The notes beneath the pieces were generated by a model. That model made no database searches. It had not been told where the DNA came from and saw only the letters and a list, made by a program, of their open reading frames with translations. Shown here in pieces: positions 19,670-28,932 of a stretch of 64,000 bases of DNA. The position numbers were made by a program, and so were the translations under genes. The stretch's first letter is position 1; every line of letters begins with the position of its first letter. The DNA comes from a virus: the IMG/VR virus record IMGVR_UViG_3300011113_000747, positions 120,543-184,542 of that record; one strand, 5' to 3'.

Positions 19670-22144
19670 TTATACTGATGTTGTTACGAGCTCTCCAGCA
19701 TCTGTTACTGTTACTCTATATTTAAATCCTCCAGAAGACTTTAGAATAATACCTTTTGTTGAATCGGTAATTTCAATATCTTGATTTGTTGAAACAGCTC
19801 CTGTTAACGTTCCACCAGAAAGAGGTAGATATGCTGTTTGCAGTGTGGTATTGACCCACAAAGATGACAATGCATTATATGTGAGAGTTTGCCCATCTGT
19901 TGGAGATATAATTCTTACATTATGCAACTCATCCAATTCATACCCGTTATCAATTTCAACATATATTTTACCATTGTTGGTGGAGTTGAGAGAAAAACCA
20001 ACTTTGACAACATGGTTAGGGGCTTGTGGTTTAACATCAGTAATACCACCTGATGCTGTTGGTGATAGGTAAAGAGTTGTACCTTCTGCAAATCCACTGG
20101 TATCAATGCCTTCAAGTTGACCAATGGCCATGATGTAGCCTTCTTGGTTAATTGCAGTTGCTTGCATTGTTATACCAATGGTATCTGCTGATCTATAATC
20201 ATTGGTAGCAATGGCAGGCCACATTTTGCCTCTGTTGCCTTGAGCGCCAGATAAATAAACTACTGTACCTTTAGGTATAATGGATCCAGTTTTGTTGACC
20301 CCAATAGTCCACAACATCTTGTTGATGGGGTAGTTTAATGTTGGATCACCATCCCAGAACACCAATGTTCGTTGTTCTTGATCATAGTAAAGTCGGCCAT
20401 CATGTGCTGGCACCCCCGTGAGTGGTGTAAAGTCAATGTAGTTAGTAGCCATCGTTGTGGATGACAACAGTCCACTGACGGTCACATTACCAGTAACAGT
20501 ACCACCAGACAACGGCAAATAAGCACCACTTGTACCACCACCCGCTAAGGATGAAAGTGAAACTGTATTACCAAAAGGTGTAATTGTAAGAGCTGCACTA
20601 CTTTCAGTAAAAGTGAGTGTTTGATAACCACCACCACCTCCTCCTGCAAAAATAGTAGCAAGGTCAACACCAGCAGAGAGAATCTGACCAGATGCTATGT
20701 TAAGGGTACCATTCATAGTACCTCCAGCTGCGAACTGTTGAGCTACTGATCCCCCACCACCATAACCAGCTACATATTTTTTAAGATTAGCTGATTCATT
20801 TTCAATTCTTGTTTCTAACTGCTTCTTTAAGCTATTAAGATCTTCTTTCTTAATTGCAACTAGATTGAAATCTTTGATTTTCTTTTCTACCGATTCAACA
20901 ATATTACCACCCAATTCCGACAACTCATTTGCGGTATTTGAAATAATCTTTTCAATCTCATTTTTCTTATCATCTAAGATAGCAGAGTGAGATCTAGCTT
21001 CGGTAAGAATGCTATTTAACCCTTGATTGATTTGTTCCTGTAAACTTGTCTCAGCTCTTTCAATCGCACCATTGATATCATTAATTCTATTATCAAAAAT
21101 AGATATTCTGTTTTCAACGAGTGTTGTAATATCATTAATCTTTTTATCAGCTGCTGATTGAAGACTATTAATCTTCTTAGCTACTAATGTTTCTGCTCTT
21201 TTAAGATTTTCTGTTACTACTTGCTTTGACTCATTACAAATATTTTCTACATCAGCTACGTTAGTTGTTTTTTGTTCCAGTAGCTGCTTTTTAGATTCAT
21301 CAATGAATGTCTGTATTGATTGAAATGCGCTATTTACTTGTGTTTCCTGATTAACTAATTCAGCTTGCAACTCTGCAATCTTTGTATTAATATCATACAC
21401 AACACTCTCTTTGAGATCTTGCAATTGATTGGTCTTTTCATCTACATTTGTAGTAACTATATTTGTATATAATTCAGCAGTTGCTTCAATACTTTCTCTA
21501 ATAGAGTTAGCTTCCGCAACAGCTCTATCAGATATAATTTCTACTTGATTGACCTTTTCATCAAATTTAGTTAATATATCAGATTTGAGGCTATCGATAT
21601 CAGTTACAGAAGAGCTCTTAAGCTCTGATAGACGTTTATCTATTAGATTCGTGAGGCTCTCAGAGAGCTGCTCGATTTTTTGCTTCTTATTGGAGAAGTT
21701 TTCATTGATAACTCTAATAGCATCAGCTTTATACTTTTCAATATTTACTGCTGCATTTTCAGAAACAATGTATGTTTCTTCTATAATAGGTTCTGGATCA
21801 GGTAAGCTTTCTTCTTCAGCAACTGATTCTAGAATCTCTTTTTCTTTAGCAAATACCTTTTTACCACCATCAAGTGATTTAATGTTGAGTATAACATTAT
21901 CATCCCCCTCTTTTAAAACATATAGTGAGTTATAAAGCTTACCATCATATTCAGTAGCAATTTTTAAAACAGGATCACCATTTAAACTATCTACCTTTTC
22001 AGCAATGATTTTATTACCACCGCAATTAATTTCAAATATATCAAAGAATACTTCTTTGAACTCTTTGCAAATAATATAATTCAACCCCTTATCTGCGGGT
22101 ATGAATGCAAAGTCTATATCTAAAATTTTAAGTGTATCACTCAC
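19670..22144 (-). CDS. Virion protein: long coiled coil, Gly linkers, LPLSGGT repeats, C-terminal decoration-like domain
   Basis: GTG start 5 nt after TAAATA; KGTVVYLSG..GTTLYLS..KP.AP.H.V..G..ELDELHNV. Confidence 0.65.
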   Translation of the reverse strand: MSDTLKILDIDFAFIPADKGLNYIICKEFKEVFFDIFEINCGGNKIIAEKVDSLNGDPVLKIATEYDGKLYNSLYVLKEGDDNVILNIKSLDGGKKVFAKEKEILESVAEEESLPDPEPIIEETYIVSENAAVNIEKYKADAIRVINENFSNKKQKIEQLSESLTNLIDKRLSELKSSSVTDIDSLKSDILTKFDEKVNQVEIISDRAVAEANSIRESIEATAELYTNIVTTNVDEKTNQLQDLKESVVYDINTKIAELQAELVNQETQVNSAFQSIQTFIDESKKQLLEQKTTNVADVENICNESKQVVTENLKRAETLVAKKINSLQSAADKKINDITTLVENRISIFDNRINDINGAIERAETSLQEQINQGLNSILTEARSHSAILDDKKNEIEKIISNTANELSELGGNIVESVEKKIKDFNLVAIKKEDLNSLKKQLETRIENESANLKKYVAGYGGGGSVAQQFAAGGTMNGTLNIASGQILSAGVDLATIFAGGGGGGYQTLTFTESSAALTITPFGNTVSLSSLAGGGTSGAYLPLSGGTVTGNVTVSGLLSSTTMATNYIDFTPLTGVPAHDGRLYYDQEQRTLVFWDGDPTLNYPINKMLWTIGVNKTGSIIPKGTVVYLSGAQGNRGKMWPAIATNDYRSADTIGITMQATAINQEGYIMAIGQLEGIDTSGFAEGTTLYLSPTASGGITDVKPQAPNHVVKVGFSLNSTNNGKIYVEIDNGYELDELHNVRIISPTDGQTLTYNALSSLWVNTTLQTAYLPLSGGTLTGAVSTNQDIEITDSTKGIILKSSGGFKYRVTVTDAGELVTTSV

Positions 22145-22172
22145 TAACTTATTTATTTTTCACACGCTGGTA

Positions 22173-22490
22173 TCAACCATATGAAACTGTTGAGTGAGAG
22201 TAATACTGAGCTCTACAATATACAAGACCAGATGTTGGTGATGCTGCAAACTTTGCACTTAAAAGATCACTTGATGTGATACCTCTTACAGGTACTGTAT
22301 CACCACTATTGATCGCAAAAGCACGTGCATCGGTTGTATTACCGTTATCGTAAATTAAAAGAAGCTGACCACTACCAGTTGGGTTAGTAATTAGCACTTC
22401 AGAACATGTAAAAGCAGAGAGCTTTGTAAGCCCAGTATGGTTAGCTGTAATAGAAAATGACGAACACTGATTAAGATTCTGAAAGGCCAT
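22173..22490 (-). CDS. Small late structural protein
   Basis: TAAATA-N6-ATG; beta-rich composition. Confidence 0.55.
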   Translation of the reverse strand: MAFQNLNQCSSFSITANHTGLTKLSAFTCSEVLITNPTGSGQLLLIYDNGNTTDARAFAINSGDTVPVRGITSSDLLSAKFAASPTSGLVYCRAQYYSHSTVSYG

Positions 22491-22495
22491 ATAAT

Positions 22496-23107
22496 TTATT
22501 TAGTCTCTAAAACTGTATTTATCGCATCCCAGTTTATACACTTGAAGAAGTTTTTGACATATTTCTTTTTGTCAGATTGATAATCTAGATAGAAAGAATG
22601 TTCCCACATATCCAATCCTAAAACTGGATCACCCATAGAGCGATGCATTAAAGGGTTATCTTGGTTAGGAGTTGTATGAAGTTCACCCTTTGTAGTAAGC
22701 CAACACCAACCAGAACCCATAATTGATAAAGCTTTTTCTTCAAATTCGTCTTTAAAATTCTCATAAGACTTAAATTTTGATTCTATTAACTCTTTTACGG
22801 AACCATTTAGCGAGGTATTTTTCTTTAGGATTCGGAACCATATAGAATGATTTAATGCTCCCCCTACATTGAATCTAACAATATCATCATATTTTTTAAT
22901 ATTTTCAGCCATTTCAACTAATGGTTTTGGACGTTTAATTAATTCATTGCATTTTTTAATGTATCCTTTATAGTGTTTATTATAGTGCTCATCCATAGTC
23001 TCTTTAGATGTAAAAGGCTGCAGAGAGCTAAACGAATAATCTACTTTGACTGGCTTATAATAACCAACCCCCTCTATTAATAAACTAACTCTTTCGTTGA
23101 AATCCAC
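22496..23107 (-). CDS. sod: Fe/Mn superoxide dismutase (Mn-type signature)
   Basis: HYNKH, GGALNHS, GSGW, NQDNP, LDMWEHSFYLDY. Confidence 0.95.
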   Translation of the reverse strand: MDFNERVSLLIEGVGYYKPVKVDYSFSSLQPFTSKETMDEHYNKHYKGYIKKCNELIKRPKPLVEMAENIKKYDDIVRFNVGGALNHSIWFRILKKNTSLNGSVKELIESKFKSYENFKDEFEEKALSIMGSGWCWLTTKGELHTTPNQDNPLMHRSMGDPVLGLDMWEHSFYLDYQSDKKKYVKNFFKCINWDAINTVLETK

Positions 23108-23139
23108 AAAAAATATTTATTCTTAAAATATATATTTGT

Positions 23140-23355
23140 ATGGATAACGCCAAATTTAAAAAATTCTTAGAAAAAGAACTTGAAAAGATTGCAGATATTG
23201 TTGATGAAATCTACGATAAATTAGAAGAAGTAGATGATATGGACATATTTGATTCAGCAGATGTGTGGTTAAGTGGAATAAAACAATTAATTAGTTATGA
23301 TGATGGTGATTTAGAAGTTGATTCTACAGCAGCTGATACCATAGATATACTATAA
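23140..23355 (+). CDS. Small acidic hypothetical protein
   Basis: 71 aa; coupled to rmlA. Confidence 0.55.
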   Translation: MDNAKFKKFLEKELEKIADIVDEIYDKLEEVDDMDIFDSADVWLSGIKQLISYDDGDLEVDSTAADTIDIL

Positions 23356-24107
23356 TGAAACGTATTGGCATTCTTCTGTGTGGTGGTGTGGGATCTCGAC
23401 TAGGTCAGATTACTAAAGCCATTCCTAAATCTCTAGTTCCAGTTTATGATAGACCACTAGTTGATTATCAGCTGCAGCTCTTTTACGACCTTGGTATTAG
23501 AGATGTAGTTATTATTACTAGACCTGACACTCGCGATCTATTTGTTAACTACATTCATCAATACTCCAATTGGGGTAATTTATTTAAATATATTGCAATT
23601 GAAACACAACCTAATCCAGGCGGCATTGCAGAAGCCTATCTTATTGCTGAAAAATTTATACCAGAAGGCTACAGTACGTTGCTCGGTCTTGGTGATAATA
23701 TCTTTCATTTTATTGATAACAAAGAAAAAGAAGATCTAAGACAGCTATGCATGCATGAAGATAATTTCATTACAACTGTAAAGGTAAAAGATCCAACTCA
23801 ATATGGTGTTGTAAAATATGATGAAAACGGCTTTATTGTTGATGTAGTTGAAAAGCCATCTAACCCACCTTCAAATGAAATTATTCCTGGATTATATTTC
23901 TTTGATAATACAGCGACAACAAAAGTAAGATCTCTTAAACCTTCTGCAAGAGGTGAACTTGAAATTACAGATCTCCAGCGTAAGTATTTGCAAGAAAATA
24001 CTCTTGGTGTTTATAAATTTGAAAATGTATTTTGGTATGATTGCGGCACCATTGAAGATCTTCAACATGCAAATAACTTCATGAAAATACTAGCAGATAG
24101 AAAGTAA
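23355..24107 (+). CDS. rmlA: Glucose-1-phosphate thymidylyltransferase
   Basis: GILLCGGVGSRL, K.L.PVYDRP, Q..P.GIAEA, KPSARGELEITD, WYDCGT. Confidence 0.93.
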   Translation: MKRIGILLCGGVGSRLGQITKAIPKSLVPVYDRPLVDYQLQLFYDLGIRDVVIITRPDTRDLFVNYIHQYSNWGNLFKYIAIETQPNPGGIAEAYLIAEKFIPEGYSTLLGLGDNIFHFIDNKEKEDLRQLCMHEDNFITTVKVKDPTQYGVVKYDENGFIVDVVEKPSNPPSNEIIPGLYFFDNTATTKVRSLKPSARGELEITDLQRKYLQENTLGVYKFENVFWYDCGTIEDLQHANNFMKILADRK

Positions 24108-24108
24108 T

Positions 24109-25176
24109 ATGGAATCCTTCACACTCGATCACAAAACAGTTGTAGTAACAGGTGGATATGGTTTTATCATGTCCAATCTTATCAACATTATAAACGAAAA
24201 TTACTACCATGTGCATATTATCAATGTTGATAAATGCGGTGCTGGTTCAAATAAATCTAATATTTTACCAGAAAGAAATTATAATCGCATTGTTAATCTT
24301 AAGATGAAGTGTGAGGATGCAAAGTTTAAAGATTTGCTTGCTAAACATAAGCCAGATATCATTATTCACGGTGCTGCAGAATCACATGTGGATCGTTCTA
24401 TTACCGATCCTCTTGGATTTGTTACATCAAATGTTGTTGGTACTGCAAATGTTATCAATAGTGTTGATTGGTACCAGAAAAATATCAACAAACATTGCAA
24501 ATGCGTTTTGGTAAGCACTGATGAAGTGTATGGTCACTTAGAAGTAAGTGATAAGCCATGGACCGAGGATAGCCCTATAGCTCCTAGATCTCCGTATGCA
24601 TCCTCAAAAGCCGCGGCAGATCTAATAGCTTTATCCTTCCATAATACTTTCAAAACTGACTTTTGTATTGTGAGAGGATGCAATAACTTTGGTCCAAGAC
24701 AAGATGAAGAGAAGCTGCTACCAAAATACATTACAGGGTTGTTTAGAGGTGATGTGATGCCTGTTTATGGTAATGGTAAAAATATCAGAGAGTGGGTTTA
24801 TGTTGAAGACTTCTGCTACTTCATTTTAGATAGAGCAGTTAATTACTATCCAGGTAAAGTTTTTAACTACGGAAAAGGTGTTTCTAGAACTAATTTAGAA
24901 ATTCTAGATGAAGTTTATGAAACTGTGAAGTTTTTCTGTCGTAAGAAAGATTGCGAACTTATTCATAAATACGCAAAATTTGAAGATACAATTAAGTTTG
25001 TTGAAGATCGCAAAGGACATGACTTTAAGTATGCTATGAGATCTAAGTACCCACATCCTAATCTACCAGGTAAGAGTTTCAAGAAACAACTCTTTAACAC
25101 GGTTGAATTCTACTATGAGAAAACTAAAGCAGAACAAAGAGCAGCTAACCGCTGGTACAGAAAGCTCTTCAAATAA
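24109..25176 (+). CDS. rmlB: dTDP-glucose 4,6-dehydratase
   Basis: TGGYGFI, HGAAESHVDRSI, STDEVYG, PYASSKA, NNFGPRQ, DRKGHD. Confidence 0.95.
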   Translation: MESFTLDHKTVVVTGGYGFIMSNLINIINENYYHVHIINVDKCGAGSNKSNILPERNYNRIVNLKMKCEDAKFKDLLAKHKPDIIIHGAAESHVDRSITDPLGFVTSNVVGTANVINSVDWYQKNINKHCKCVLVSTDEVYGHLEVSDKPWTEDSPIAPRSPYASSKAAADLIALSFHNTFKTDFCIVRGCNNFGPRQDEEKLLPKYITGLFRGDVMPVYGNGKNIREWVYVEDFCYFILDRAVNYYPGKVFNYGKGVSRTNLEILDEVYETVKFFCRKKDCELIHKYAKFEDTIKFVEDRKGHDFKYAMRSKYPHPNLPGKSFKKQLFNTVEFYYEKTKAEQRAANRWYRKLFK

Positions 25177-25318
25177 AGCTCTTCAAAACGCAATTGTACG
25201 TACAATTGAGGAGATGAAACTCATGTGGAGTGGTGTGCCTTATGATGTAAAGATAGCAATTGAAAAACATATTGATTTTTTGTATAGAGAATTAAAGGAA
25301 AGCGGTTATAATATATGA

Positions 25319-25543
25319 ATGACCGCAAAATTTAATGATCAAAACACATACCTTATTGCAAGGTGTGATGTTGAGATGTGGGCGAAAGCAGAGAACGCTC
25401 TCTTTAAGAGGGTGGAAGACCATGTAAAGCGTCTAGAAAAAAATAAAGAACCCTTTACTATTCATTGGCTTATTAACAAAAATGTAGTAGTCACTACAAA
25501 GAATTCTGTAAAAGAGTTTCACTATCTTGAACCTAAAGACTAA
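25319..25543 (+). CDS. Hypothetical protein
   Basis: AGGAAA-N5-TATAAT-N6-ATG upstream. Confidence 0.6.
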   Translation: MTAKFNDQNTYLIARCDVEMWAKAENALFKRVEDHVKRLEKNKEPFTIHWLINKNVVVTTKNSVKEFHYLEPKD

Positions 25544-25586
25544 AAGGAAAATCGATATAATAATAAGGTAACCAAACAACAACAAA

Positions 25587-26510
25587 ATGAAACTTAATCT
25601 ATCTAATAGTACCAAACTTCAAAAGGTTGGCGCCATTGACATTCCTGATCGATTCTTCAATCGTATGTCTACTGGTGTCAAAGAAATTGATAACCTTTTT
25701 GGTTCTGGTATCCTACCCGGCTCAACCTTTACCCTTACTGCAACTCCTGGTACTGGTAAGACTACTTTCTTTCTTCAGCTTCTTGATTCTATGCAGCTGA
25801 ATGGTTATGAGTGTGGCTTCGTTACTGGTGAAGAAGATGTAAGCCAGATTGCATTTACTTGTAAGCGTCTCGGTCTTCGCAACGTACCAGTTTGTAATGA
25901 GACGGACATCGACGAGATTCTTGCTCTTACTAAAGAGCTTGATGTTCTCATCATTGACTCGTTTCCATGCTTGACTACTAAGAAGAAGCTCAACTCTCGT
26001 GCTCGTGAGAAGTACTTCGTTGAACGTATCATTGATGCTGCAGCTGCTAACGATTGCGCTATTGGTGTTATTCTTCACATTACCAAAGGTGGTGATTACA
26101 AAGGTTCAACTTTGATTCCGCACGCTGTTAGCGCTAACTTTAAACTTGAACGCGATGAAGATAATGATGAACTTCGTATCTTCTCTGCTTCTAAAAATCG
26201 ATATGGTCGTTGCGAGACTCTGAATATCTATTTTGGTTCTCGTGGTTTCAATCTTACTGATATTACCGTTGGTGGTAACAATAAGAAAGAATCCAAGGCT
26301 GATCGTAAGCGTGAACAGCTTGACGCTATCATGGAGATGTCTGATGTTGGTGGTATCACCCAAAAGCAAGTCATCAAGAAGCTCAACATTGATGCTGGTA
26401 AAGCTTATCTTCTACTGAAGGATCTTACTAATACTGATAAACTTATCAAGTATGGTCGAGGCGAATCTGCAGTTTGGAAAAAAACTTCAACAAATACAGT
26501 TGAAGTCTAA
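25587..26510 (+). CDS. RadA/Sms-like ATPase with a C-terminal HTH-like domain
   Basis: R.STG..EIDNLFG.GI.PGS, Walker A ATPGTGKT, GEE..Q, IIDS, H.TK.G..KG, KNRYG. Confidence 0.85.
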   Translation: MKLNLSNSTKLQKVGAIDIPDRFFNRMSTGVKEIDNLFGSGILPGSTFTLTATPGTGKTTFFLQLLDSMQLNGYECGFVTGEEDVSQIAFTCKRLGLRNVPVCNETDIDEILALTKELDVLIIDSFPCLTTKKKLNSRAREKYFVERIIDAAAANDCAIGVILHITKGGDYKGSTLIPHAVSANFKLERDEDNDELRIFSASKNRYGRCETLNIYFGSRGFNLTDITVGGNNKKESKADRKREQLDAIMEMSDVGGITQKQVIKKLNIDAGKAYLLLKDLTNTDKLIKYGRGESAVWKKTSTNTVEV

Positions 26511-26534
26511 AGATAGGTTATTATAATGTATTAT

Positions 26535-26750
26535 ATGAAAAAGCTAGACATTAACCCAGAGTGGTATCAGAATAAGAACGTTCGTCCTAAGTCATTCCTT
26601 GTACGTATGGAACGTTCTCCAGATGGTGCATATCGTGTTGCTAAGGCATACGTCGAAAATAACGTCAATCAGTATGAGTCCGATCTTCAGCGAGTTGATG
26701 TTCGTGATCTTACTTCCGATCTCCGTCGTGGTACTATCTTCTCGTACTAA
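26535..26750 (+). CDS. Hypothetical protein
   Basis: Start placed 7 nt after TATAAT (26522-27); followed by a terminator. Confidence 0.6.
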   Translation: MKKLDINPEWYQNKNVRPKSFLVRMERSPDGAYRVAKAYVENNVNQYESDLQRVDVRDLTSDLRRGTIFSY

Positions 26751-26771
26751 TTAAACCTGTTGTTGTGGTTG

Positions 26772-26805
26772 AGGGAGCTGAGCGAAAGTTCAGCTCCCTT
26801 TTTTT
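26772..26805 (+). terminator. Intrinsic terminator
   Basis: AGGGAGCTGAGC-GAAA-GTTCAGCTCCCT followed by a T tract. Confidence 0.92.
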
Positions 26806-26819
26806 GTTTAAATACTAAT

Positions 26820-26996
26820 ATGGAACTATTAAAAATAATTTTAATTTACATTATTGCTGCATTAACTTGGATTGTGGGTGGTGTAGCGTTCATCGTGAGG
26901 GTGTTTGCATATGGTCTACTTGAAATGCATTTATTTTTAGAGTGGTGTATGTTTCAGCTCGTAAAAGCAGTTGAAACTATATATCCTGATGAATAA
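26820..26996 (+). CDS. Small late membrane protein
   Basis: TAAATA-N5-ATG; hydrophobic sequence. Confidence 0.55.
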   Translation: MELLKIILIYIIAALTWIVGGVAFIVRVFAYGLLEMHLFLEWCMFQLVKAVETIYPDE

Positions 26997-27004
26997 ATGT
27001 TTAT

Positions 27005-27904
27005 GTGAATTTACTATTAGGATCATCAGGATATGTCGGGCAGGCTTTCAAAAAATATTTTGAAGCAAATAAAATACCATATATAACACATAGTGTGAGA
27101 TTTCCTCTTGATGAAAGAGAGTTCACAAAAGTGTTATTAACAAACAAAGTTAAAGTGGTATACAACTGCGCAGGGTTTACAGGTAAACCAAACGTCGATA
27201 GTTGCGAGTTACCTGAAAATAAAGAGTTAGCTTTATTTGCAAATGCACTTTTACCTGCACAAATTTTAGATTTACTCACTAAGTTAAATGTTAGATTGGT
27301 GCAGGTATCATCAGGTTGCATTTATAATGATCCAACATGTGAGTATGGATTGGAACCATCAATTATTTACACTACTGATGATCTTCCTAATTTTACTTTC
27401 AATAACAAAAAGCGCTCATGGTATAGTGGTACAAAAGCTTTGGGAGAAGAATTACTTTTAAGTAAGAAGCATGCATCAGTAGCTATTTGTAGATTGAGAA
27501 TACCTTTCAATGGTGATGTAAATAGCAGAAACATCATTCATAAACTTATCAATTACAAAACACTTATTAATACTACAAATTCATTTTCTAATTTAGATGA
27601 GTTTGTTAATTCATGTTACATTATTGGTAATAACAGCTATGAAGAGGGTATATTTAACCTCACACAGCCGGGTTATATGACCACTAAAGAAATTGTTGCT
27701 TTACTACAAAAGTATAATCTAGTAGGTGAAAAAGAATATTTTGAAAATATTAATACATTTGAAGGTACAACTACTGCACCGAGATCAAACTGCGTGTTAG
27801 AACCTACTATGTTTTTGAATTATTCAAAAAACACAACTTTGAATACAACACCTATTGAAGTTTCTATGGAAGAAGCAATCAAACAATACGCTAGTAATCT
27901 ATGA
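27005..27904 (+). CDS. NRS/ER-type NDP-4-keto-6-deoxyglucose 3,5-epimerase/4-reductase (RmlD family)
   Basis: GSSGYVG, NCAGFTGKPNVDSCE, SSGCIY, PNF, YSGTKA, LRIP..RN, APRSN match plant NRS/ER motifs. Confidence 0.85.
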   Translation: MNLLLGSSGYVGQAFKKYFEANKIPYITHSVRFPLDEREFTKVLLTNKVKVVYNCAGFTGKPNVDSCELPENKELALFANALLPAQILDLLTKLNVRLVQVSSGCIYNDPTCEYGLEPSIIYTTDDLPNFTFNNKKRSWYSGTKALGEELLLSKKHASVAICRLRIPFNGDVNSRNIIHKLINYKTLINTTNSFSNLDEFVNSCYIIGNNSYEEGIFNLTQPGYMTTKEIVALLQKYNLVGEKEYFENINTFEGTTTAPRSNCVLEPTMFLNYSKNTTLNTTPIEVSMEEAIKQYASNL

Positions 27905-28047
27905 ATGGTGAAGCAGGAAAAGGAGATAAATTAAGACAAGGAGCTGACTTAAAGGCTTATTGGGAAAACTACGACAATATATTTCGTAAAGATAAACCAA
28001 AAAATGAAACAACCCAACAATTACCTACGTCCGCCTCAAGACCCTGA
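27901..28047 (+). CDS. 48-aa hypothetical protein (GKGDK..Y.ENYDNIF)
   Basis: ATGA overlap with the previous gene; motif recalled from small phage ORFs. Confidence 0.5.
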   Translation: MNGEAGKGDKLRQGADLKAYWENYDNIFRKDKPKNETTQQLPTSASRP

Positions 28048-28120
28048 ATCATCTTGTTTTATTCTGCTGATGGCGATTACATGGATTGCGATTTTAATTG
28101 CTTTTATATGTAAACACTAA
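28004..28120 (+). CDS. 38-aa single-pass membrane peptide
   Basis: MKQPNNYLRPPQDPESSCFILLMAITWIAILIAFICKH; its stop overlaps the endolysin promoter. Confidence 0.4.
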   Translation: MKQPNNYLRPPQDPESSCFILLMAITWIAILIAFICKH

Positions 28121-28128
28121 ATATTTAC

Positions 28129-28905
28129 ATGAGCTATGCGAATGTAGGAAGAGTTTGGACCACAACAAGTTTTGTAGATTATTTAAAGCAATTGCCACCA
28201 CCAGCTTGGTGTAAAGCAGTTTGTATTCACCACACAGCTTTTCCTGACCTTGCCATGAGGCCTAAAGGCCTTACTATTCAGCATATCGAAAATATGCGTT
28301 TTGGTTATATCAATGAAAGAAAATGGTCTGCAGGGCCTCATTTCTTTACAGACGAAGATCAAATCTTCGGTATGACACCACCAACAGAAAAAGGTGTGCA
28401 TGCTGCTTCTTTCAATTCACTTGCTGTGGGTATTGAAATGTTAGGTGATTTTGATGTAGCAGATGATCCAAAGTCTGGTAGAGGGTTGGATGTAGTTGAA
28501 ACAACAGCTGCAACAACAAAAGCTCTTTTGAATTGGCTTAATTTACCAGCAACAAAAGATACAATTCTCTTTCATAGAGACGACCCAAAAACAAAGAAGA
28601 CTTGCCCTGGTAAGAAAATCAATAAAGATTGGTTTGTTGATCTAGTCAATAGAACCCAAACACCAGGTGTCCGAGTTATACCATCACCAGTTGTTATTCC
28701 AAATAATGTCACGGGTGTGGTTGATTATGTTACTAAGCATAAAGGTTACACAATTGATGAAGCTACAAAACTGCTTCATAGAGATGGTAACATGTTCTTC
28801 TTCGGCAATGATTGGCTTGAAGGCGCTTATTACGCAACAAGTGCACAACGTACAGTAGCTCCTATCAAAGAATTGGAATTAATTATTCCAAAATCTAGTT
28901 GTTAA
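28129..28905 (+). CDS. N-acetylmuramoyl-L-alanine amidase (Amidase_2) endolysin
   Basis: IHHTA, PHFF, GVHAASFNS..VGIEMLG, FHRD..KTCPG; TAAATA-N5-ATG. Confidence 0.9.
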   Translation: MSYANVGRVWTTTSFVDYLKQLPPPAWCKAVCIHHTAFPDLAMRPKGLTIQHIENMRFGYINERKWSAGPHFFTDEDQIFGMTPPTEKGVHAASFNSLAVGIEMLGDFDVADDPKSGRGLDVVETTAATTKALLNWLNLPATKDTILFHRDDPKTKKTCPGKKINKDWFVDLVNRTQTPGVRVIPSPVVIPNNVTGVVDYVTKHKGYTIDEATKLLHRDGNMFFFGNDWLEGAYYATSAQRTVAPIKELELIIPKSSC

Positions 28906-28932
28906 AAAGAGGAAATACGCTATAATTAGCGT

